A stretch of DNA of 64,000 bases, from assembly GCA_000320545.1 (NCBI GenBank), contig ADNK01000423.1, positions 62,001 to 126,000 of the forward strand, in the 5' to 3' direction. The position numbers and the translations under genes were made by a program. Of this stretch, positions 55,745 to 64,000 are shown piece by piece; position 1 is the first letter of the stretch; every line of letters begins with the position of its first letter. The DNA is from Bigelowiella natans CCMP2755 (lineage: Eukaryota; Protista; Cercozoa). The notes below the pieces were generated by a model, which was not told the origin of the DNA, did no database searches, and worked only from the letters and a program-made list of their open reading frames with translations.

Positions 55745-57993
55745 TCGAATGGGAGAGGGATGCTAAGGGCTTTTATGATCGTCATTTCATCGTGCTCTTT
55801 GTGGCTGCATTGATGTACTATCCTGTTATTCTTGGGATAAAATACTTGATGAGAAACCGGAAGGCATTCGACCTAGGAGGCGCAAAATCGAGGGCAATGG
55901 TAGTAATAGCGATGATGGCGAAAAATAGTTAAAAAAAAAATAAGAACAACCAAAGTAAAATAAGAAATGCGCCGTAATATGCAATTTTGCTTGTATGAAG
56001 GTACTAAAAGTGACGGCAACAATGACATAGCAAATATGACGTATTTATCTTTCTTTTCCTTTCCTGTATCGTCTGAGAATAGTCTCCTACTACAACATAC
56101 ATGATGACAGGTAAATTGGATTTTTTGGTGGGAAGCTAGTCTTGCAGCTTTCTCGTTTGTTGCAGCTACTCAAGTGGTGATTCTATTTGTGTAGCAGCAT
56201 TAGGGGGGACTTACTTGCTGGGGAAGGAAAGAGGGTTGAGTGTCTGATCGATTTTTTGTTATCTAATTTAAATAAATCATCATAAATCATCGTTAACCCT
56301 TACTACCTCTCTGTTTACCGAGGATATAGACGCTTAGAGACTACGTACGTATACTTTGTATTATCATCATCTTAAGGTGCCACTAGCATTGGAACCACTC
56401 TATGAGCAGGTTGAACGATATATTGATATAACAATATACATCATTATACGACGAAGTAATAGTAGCATGAACAAAATACACACACACACACACACACACA
56501 AACATATATCACATGCATAAGTAGCTGCGTGTATTATTATTACACCGTAATTAATTGTCAAGGGTTTGAGCTGGTCTGAGAGTATCTGCAAGCTCAGAAC
56601 ACATGACGACCCTCGTGCATTTTGGATGTTCCTCTTCAATCTTTCAAAGGTACTAAGTAAGTACTAGCAGGCAGCAGGCCATTCTTCTTGCTCCTTTCTC
56701 CTGCTCAACCATTATCGGAGAGATATTTAAATGTTAAAAATTTAGATTTCTTCTCATTTTCACACAACACCGCCATCAGCTAGAAAACTTCTCATCTTCT
56801 TTGTTGTCGCTTTTGTTGTCGCTTTTGTGTGACTTTCCTTCAGGTTTTCGAATTTGGAGATACGGTTTTGGTAGTTTTGAGAAAGAAAAAACTAATTATG
56901 TTGCAGGTGATGGTAGTGTATGAATTATTTATTGTAATTGAAGAAGAAGCAAAAGAAGAACAAGAAGAAAAAGAACACGAAGAAGAAGAAATTCTTTCAA
57001 GCTGAAATGTTGTCTGTGTTATTATCCTTGGGTGCTGCTGCTGCTGCTGCCCATTGCACTCATAAGCATTACTGAAAATAACGGGGGATAATTATAGTAG
57101 GAGTAGTAGTATACGACTAGTTTTTAACCAAACACTGCATGCTTATCTAATATACCCATGATATCTTCTCTCACGGAACATATAATTATTTCCCACGGTT
57201 GTAGTCACTAATGATGTTAAAAAAGCGAATGAAAGAATCCTTCTGCTGCTACTACTATTACTACTCTGCTACTGCTGCTACTACTGCTACTATAACTGCT
57301 ACTACTCACTACAATTACTACGACTACTACACTATCAGCATTACCACCACCTTGCGACGATGATCTACTGCTGGTATGCTACTGTTATCACTTACAGGTA
57401 CTACCACTTCTACTGCTTGCTGGTACTACTACCACCTTTAAGTGTCTATTCCTACGTTGTCAATAATAAACTATGGCTACTTCCCTCTCCACCACCACCA
57501 CAACCACCATCACCACCAATAGTTGTTGTATGTGTTGCACTATAAACTTCCAATTTTGCTACATCTTTTCTCTAAAATACCTGGGTTACTTTATGAACTT
57601 TATGATCATCATAGAGAATTTTATTTGAAAATATAATATAATGATCATCAGTACTCAGCGACGACTACCAAAAATTAGAGGCTACTGGATCTCTCACTGC
57701 GTCATCTTATTTTCAATTATTTGCTATAAATCATGACTTATTATACCAGACTCAACAACACGAATCCTTACTTTGCGGGGATGAATCTCGTTGTTCATAG
57801 CATCATGTATACTTGGTAATCAAACACCGTCTGGCTGTGTGTTTTTAAGAGAAAGAGACAAAATGAAAGGGAGGAGGAAAAGAAGAAGAAGAAGAACAAC
57901 AACAACAGTTGTATGTTGAGATTCTACAGATATGCAACAGCTACTGTCGTCTAACTTTTGCTTACAGTGCTTCCTTCTTTAAACTTATGCGCG

Positions 57994-58024
<31 letters not shown>

Positions 58025-58681
58025 ATAAACACGGTGAGGAAAGTAAAGAGGAAGAGAGAGAACACGTACATAAGGAAAATGATTTTTGTTTTTTCTTCCC
58101 CTCTTTTTTGCCTACGTTGTCATGTTCGTTGTCGTCGTCGTGATACAGGTATGCAGCCACTCGTACAGGATGGAAATCACCTCGTGTTGTCATGATTTTT
58201 ATCACACTAATTCAACTAAGTAATAGTAGTAGTAGTAGTAGTAGTAATATTGCATAACGTTCAAAATGTTGAGCACACAATGTTTAGTTGGAGGGAATAG
58301 TAATATTGCATAACGTTCAAAATGTTGAGCACACAATGTTTAGTTGGAGGGAAACATTAAATTAAAATTATATTTATGTTCAAAAAATAGAATTATATAC
58401 GTGAATAGGCACGTAGAGAGATACAAAATACATAAATAGCGATGGTGACAAGTAACCTAATGAATCATAATTCGTACCAAAAATGATTTACCTAGTACAA
58501 ATGGTTGGAGGAATAATATTTGTCTTCATCTCAATCTTCGGTAAAAATTCACTCATAATTGCAACGAGTTTCTTTGGAATTACTAAGTGCACGTATGATG
58601 TATATACGGCTATGCGAAATTGAGGAACTACTCAAAAAAGTTCATCGTTTTTGGGTGGAAAAGTAATCCAAAATATATTGT

Positions 58682-58739
<58 letters not shown>

Positions 58740-59313
58740 CTTTCTGTTCTCTCCCTCTGTCTCTCTCTGTTCTCTCTCCCCCTCCCTACCCCCATCATTA
58801 CATCTCATTTTATTTACTTCCCTGCTCTGTTCTGCTGGTTTTTCCCTTGTGTAGGAGAGCATGAGTCATGTGGGATGTGGTTGAAAAGAGAACCGTATGG
58901 CCTAATCGCATGCGTATTCATGTAATAATAAGCTAGAAAGCATGTATACTTTATGCTCCTCCTCGTCTACTGCTGTATCATCATATACTGAAATTAATGG
59001 GGGGGGGTTACTCCGCCTCTTCTAACCTACAAACCTCTCGTTCTTACTGGAGAGGGAGGAAGGGAGATAGGGAGAGAGAGAAAGCAGGGATTGGGGGTAA
59101 GTCCTTCTGATTGTTTGGCCCTCCATTTTTTTGAATTTTTGCTGCAGCAGAATAATGTCTAAAATCTTCTTGATACGATATTAATTTGTCATATACACGT
59201 TATCGTGCATATGTATATACAGGTATGCTTCGTTCCTCGTGCTATTTACCGAACTCTTTGTAAATAATTACATTCTCAAGAAGAAGAAAACATTGAAAGA
59301 CAAGACTGCCTGA
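55502..59313 (+). CDS. ELO/GNS1-family fatty acid elongase (multi-exon)
   Basis: YLMRNRKAFDL, LFNLSK/VFEFGDTVLVVLRKKKLIMLQ/HYHH, FAGMNLVVHSIMYTW/YAA, ITLIQLIQMVGG, MYASFLVLF, C-terminal KDKTA (KxKxx ER signal). Confidence 0.92.
58238..58353. repeat. ~56-nt tandem duplication in an ELO intron
   Basis: tagtaatattgcataacgttcaaaatgttgagcacacaatgtttagttggagggaa present twice head-to-tail. Confidence 0.9.
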
Positions 59314-59369
59314 GCTGAGCTATTTCAGAAAAATCTATTTACTTGTTCTGCTTGCTCGAGAACACACAT

Positions 59370-60510
59370 TGCACCCAATGCTAGCATGCAATGTGCGCCT
59401 CGGCGCGCCACTACTTGTAGCATGCGCTATTTCTTTGAGCATCGTAGCTTTTGCCTCGTCGTACGCGAGTTTGGCTAGCATTCCACCGTTAAGTTTTCGA
59501 GTTAATGCGGGCGTCGTCGCAGTCTCATGAATCATGTGCAATTGCATGAATACAATTCATCAGGCCATGCTGCAGCACTAGAGCGGGACTTCCAGAACCA
59601 TGGCTGTCTGCGCGGCCCCGCGGATGACTCAATCCATTCCAGCATTCAACATTCTCTGCGCGATCCCATTCTAGCATTTAAACTGAGACGCTCTGTCACG
59701 CTCAATCCTTTGTTTGTCACAGCTTGCAATTGGACTCTTGCGCAAGCCTGCGCTGTCAGCACATGCATGTGGAAGTTCGAAGAACTTTTGAGAACATTCG
59801 AGAAGCTCCTTCGGAAAGCTCGAAAAAACTCCTTTTGGGTTCCGCCGGAACCGAATGCGTGTGCATGCAACACAAGTTGTGTTGAGAATCAACACAGAAT
59901 TCAAAACTAGAAAAGAACAACAAGTTGCCAGGTGACCTTTCTGTGTGCATCAAACATTGACAGTCGACACCACGCACACACAAACAAAAACGTTTTTCAT
60001 TGCAAGTGTCCACAATGTGCTTCACAATGACAGCAGCAAGAATGGAGAAAGAAAAACTACTGACTGCAAGTCATCTGGCATGTTAGCTAGTCATCACCAA
60101 ATCATTCAGCGGACTGACGACTCAGTCAAACAAGAAACTGACTGACTCTCACCATGCTAGCATGACTAGCTGCAGCTAGACGCGTTCCACACGTGCTAGC
60201 GTGACATTGCACATGCTGTCGATCACCAGCTAGCTAGCCAGCATGAAATCGGTCACACATGCTAGCACAGCTCTAGAGCTGCAGAAATGACAAACTAATG
60301 CAACGTGACATCTAGACATTGATAGCAATGTACGTGTAGAGTCAAGGTCATGCTAGCATGCGCGGCACTACGTACGCACGACGCATTTACCTACTAAAAA
60401 TGACACTAAGGTGTGTAGCTGGGTGCACGTCTGACGTCTTCACTTAGCTTGAGTGCGAGCTAGCTCTAGCAACGTAGTAAGGACACACAGTGCGCAGCAG
60501 GTGTGCATGG
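59370..60510. repeat. TpA-depleted, CTAG-retaining intergenic island between convergent ELO and eIF2-gamma
   Basis: 15 TA in 59581-60300, 11 in CTAG; overlapping spurious ORFs nearly devoid of Tyr. Confidence 0.65.
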
Positions 60511-60622
60511 TGGCACATCAAACAAATTCACATGTATTACTGGGATGTAGTGCGACCATTTGGTTATTTAGCAAAAGGGGCAACATAATAATAATCATGC
60601 ATCCTTTTCTGGCTAATGAGTA

Positions 60623-62044
60623 TCATTTTTTGGATCTTTTCCCACTGCTACTGCCTATGGGCCGTCCTCTGCGAATCGTACCCCAGCCTATCAATCTCCA
60701 ATGCTTATCTACACGTCGACTAATAGCTATCTTCTCTCCCTCTGTGCTGCAAACAGGAGCTGTGAGTTTAACTTTAGCGAGATCGTCTTTTAAAGCGTGG
60801 ATTTGAGCTCCAGTTGAACTTGATCCAATGTTCAACATGACAATTTCCCCTTTAGAAAGCTTTTTGATCTTGGTCGCCTTTTTCTTTGCCCTCTCCTCGC
60901 TCTTAACCCCAAGTAACCTTCGCAGAAGGAAATAACTGATCTCTAACTCGGTAAATATCTGCGGTAGAGTACCTACAGCCCCTAACACCTGGCCTACGAG
61001 ACGATCTGCTCTTGTCAGAGTAGGGTCGATCTTTGTACCAACACCGATGAGCCCCCCCGGCACCGCAAACTTAAGTGCATTTTTCTCCGTGTATAGACCC
61101 ATCACTCTTGAGAAAATTGGAATACATTTCATTTTGCCATCCTTATCTTTCGTGATAATTCCAGGACGGACTTCTATTTCGTCCCCAACTTTTAGAACAC
61201 CCCTCAGAATGCTCCCCCCGGCGACCCCTCCCTTCAAATTTTTCACCTCTTCACCAGGCTTGTTTACATCGAAAGATCTAATGACAATCAACTTTGGAGG
61301 GGACGTGAAGTCTCGCACAGGGATTGGAATCTTTTTGCATATGTATTCGAGAACAACGTCAATATTATGCTTCATTTGCGCCGAGATGGGAATAATAGGA
61401 GAGCCATCTGCAACAGTTCCTTTCACGAAATCTTTTATCTCTTCATACTGCGAAGCAGCGTCTTTCTCTTTCACAAGGTCGATCTTATTCTGAAGAATCA
61501 GAATATTTCTCAATTTCATCAATTCGACAGCAGCCAAGTGCTCTGATGTTTGAGGCTGTGGACAGGGCTCGTTACCAGCAACCAACAGCAGCGCAGCGTC
61601 CATAACAGCTGCACCGTTCAGCATGGTGGCCATAAGAATATCATGCCCTGGACAGTCGACGAAAGAAACGTGTCGTTCCAAGACAAGGGGTTTTCCATCG
61701 TGGGTAAGGCCCTCATCTTGCGAACCGCTTCCAAAGGCGTAGTATCCTCCAGGCCCAGGTTGGCCGGTACAGGAGTAAATTTTGGCATTAGCATAACCCA
61801 ACTTGATTGTGATATTCCGCACCAGTTCATTCTTGAAACGAACGGTGCTAAGCCCCGAGATCGCGCGAACGACGGTGGATTTCCCATGCGCCACATGCCC
61901 AATTGTCCCTAACCAGAGTTGAATCGTTCAAACATTGTTTTTAACAATTTCATTTTAATAAGAAGAACCTATGTTAATTGTAGCCTGACGACTCATAATC
62001 ACGGGGTGTAACGGATGCAGCTTCTTCACATCGAAGTCTTTCAT
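60623..62044 (-). CDS. EIF2S3: Translation initiation factor eIF2 gamma subunit (one short intron ~61968-61911; start may lie further upstream)
   Basis: [91 protein letters not shown]. Confidence 0.97.
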
Positions 62045-62905
62045 GAAAGCTTCATGGTCTGAAAGACCGTCTCCTTTAACCCTACAACATGTAATGTAAA
62101 TTAATCTGCATCTCAAACATGTGGGATTTTCAGAATCTCTCAACCGTCAAACAATGCTCAGGCAGGAAATGAATCTGGAAAAAGATTGCGCTGTGGGAAC
62201 GTAATATCTCAGTTTGGAAGAGGTGTTGAAATTTCTTATTCTTAAAATGATGTGAGGTCGTCATGTTCATGAAGAGATCTTCACATTAAGAGACGACAAA
62301 GCACGATCATTACTGTTCCTCATTTCGTGAAGAACTATGAGCAAATAAAAATTTATCCTTTACTCATTGTTTTGATACTGCATCAATTCCAGGGCAAAAT
62401 TAAAAACTCTTTTTAAAAAAAAGCAAGAAGGCATAGGGTGGGGTGGATGCTAGGCCCACTCTTTGTCAGTCATAGTTCGGGGTTTGTGCTCCATTCAGCC
62501 ATCAGTAGAAGCAACATCTTCACTTTGTTCTTGCAATATGAGTTAGTATTAACTGAATATTCTCTGTCTTATGAGAAGATTCAAGGGTAATTTTCCATTG
62601 CATGTTCTCGGTGATCATTTACTAACTCTGAAAGCAGTTCCGCCAAGAACGCCCCGTGACATTCTCAGACTCAAGATGCAGGTTCTTGTTCCCTGACGCT
62701 TGTGCACTATCGCTTATTACGACTAAATTGCAACATTTCAGTAAATTTATCAACTAATTAGGTCCTAATCTCAGCTCTCATGCGAGTAGTTGTGCTCCTT
62801 CGATTGTGAAATTAATGACACCTTTCTTGCGTGAATTCTCAAAATTACCTGCAATTGCTGGTGATTTTTGAAACATCTAAAAATCGCCGCCAGGCCCGGT
62901 GTTAG

Positions 62906-64000
62906 AATTTCCCCGTGAATGTTTCGGTGGAATTTTCTCTGAAAACATCATTGATTCGAGCAGCACAGGCAGCAACCCAGTCGTTTCCGCACACACTGTT
63001 TCAAAGGGGGACTTTGCCGTCCTCTAGCATGAATGTTTTGTCGCAAGGATGGAAAAACCAAGGGCAGCCCGCCCCTGCCTCCACACAGCCAGAATGCCAA
63101 TTTTTCAAACCCAGTCAGTCAACAAGCAGCAGTCTAGCAGTCCTCACCAAAGCTAGTTCGAGGCACTGCGTTTCGTGCTTTGCAAACGTCATGAAACACT
63201 TCAGAGATGTGGTTCTTCATCATTTGTTTGTTTGCTTGCTTGAGCTGTCATCCTTTCAACCGCCACTTGATTGCTGGAACGAAAGTTGCGAAGTCTTCTT
63301 CGTTTCAGAATCAGAATCTGTCAACCTCATTCTCAAGAAACTCAGGCGAGAAGAAGTTTCAATCAAGCAGTGCGGATGATGCCAAAACACTGACCAACGT
63401 GGAGGTCATTGAGGAAGGAGGCGAAGAAGCCAACGCACAGCTCCAGTGCTGGAGTGCTGGAGTGGCAGAAGTGGACGTGGCAGAAGTGATTCCAGTGAGG
63501 GAAGGAACAATGCAGAAAGTTCGTGGTCACGATGCTGGAATGGTTGACAGGGGAGGGTAGAGGGGCGGGCAGTTCCAAGTCCGCACTGACAGCACTGCTC
63601 CAGCAACGCGGCTCCTTTTGGCCTTCCCAACCATCGTGGTGTGAACTTCGAAGTCAGGTTTTGCTTTGTTCACACTTTGGTGCGGGCTGCGGGTCCCAAT
63701 CATCGTGAGAACTGGAGAATGCGACTCTGTCAGCCTGACCCTCCGCCTCCAAACCATTCCACTGGAACGTTGGAACTTCGCCCTCGTTCACTTGCTCGTT
63801 CACTCACGTTTGTTGCTTGCACGTTCACCACTTTGGTGCTTTGGTGCGCACCAGCGCCAGAGCGTGCATGCGGGCAAGTCAAGCACACCCAGATGCGCAT
63901 TGCCTCGCGTCTCTGGATCTGATCTGACCAGCGTTTCCTTCACGTGCGATCCGGATCGTCACTCTGGCTGGCCAAATCGTGCTAGCGTGCCCTGACGCAC
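62906..64000. mobile_element. Probable degenerate mobile element/repeat, almost free of TpA (family not identified; runs off the window)
   Basis: About 50% GC, no microsatellites, only 5 TA in ~1095 nt. Mobile-element identity is inferred from context only. Confidence 0.4.

Noticed and set aside
61047-61912. Antisense and alternative-frame ORFs over eIF2-gamma
   Set aside because: Shadow ORFs of a conserved CDS with no recognisable motifs.
62915-63995. Overlapping protein-coding genes, or a tyrosine-recombinase fragment in the minus-strand W..FC..P..F..FL stretch
   Set aside because: ORF density follows from missing TAA/TAG; the resemblance is too weak to call without a search.
59370-64000. 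CpG-methylation decay or fungal RIP as the cause of the TG/CA excess
   Set aside because: CpG is abundant in these blocks, and RIP would raise TpA rather than remove it.

Overview
Eukaryotic nuclear DNA with the standard genetic code, very dense in introns and microsatellites, mostly GT-AG spliceosomal introns. A probable Dam1/DASH subunit and a protein with a bipartite signal+transit-like leader suggest a protist with a secondary plastid, possibly a chlorarachniophyte (inference). I reconstructed 14 genes by hand-splicing: PH-domain protein(-), ALG11(+), DAD4(-), chromo-chromo-SET(+), NSA2(-), eRF3(+), ARP6(-), SmD1(+), PhyH-type dioxygenase(-), TPR protein(+), membrane coiled-coil orphan(-), ApaH-like phosphatase(-), ELO elongase(+) and eIF2-gamma(-). 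Twelve of them form six head-to-head pairs, and every tail-to-tail junction holds a compositionally odd CTAG/CATG/TGCA-rich island. The most striking signals are: (1) intergenic blocks almost purged of the TpA dinucleotide except inside CTAG, with CpG intact, which suggests a repeat-directed TpA->TpG/CpA mutator opposite in direction to fungal RIP; (2) an inverted copy of a DAD4 exon that forms a ~270-nt hairpin and appears to have overwritten the GT donor of the upstream intron; (3) splice donors with T rather than G at +5, complementary microsatellite pairs inside introns, and recurrent short duplications spanning splice sites. Exon boundaries and counts are by eye; gene ends of the poorly conserved genes are approximate.
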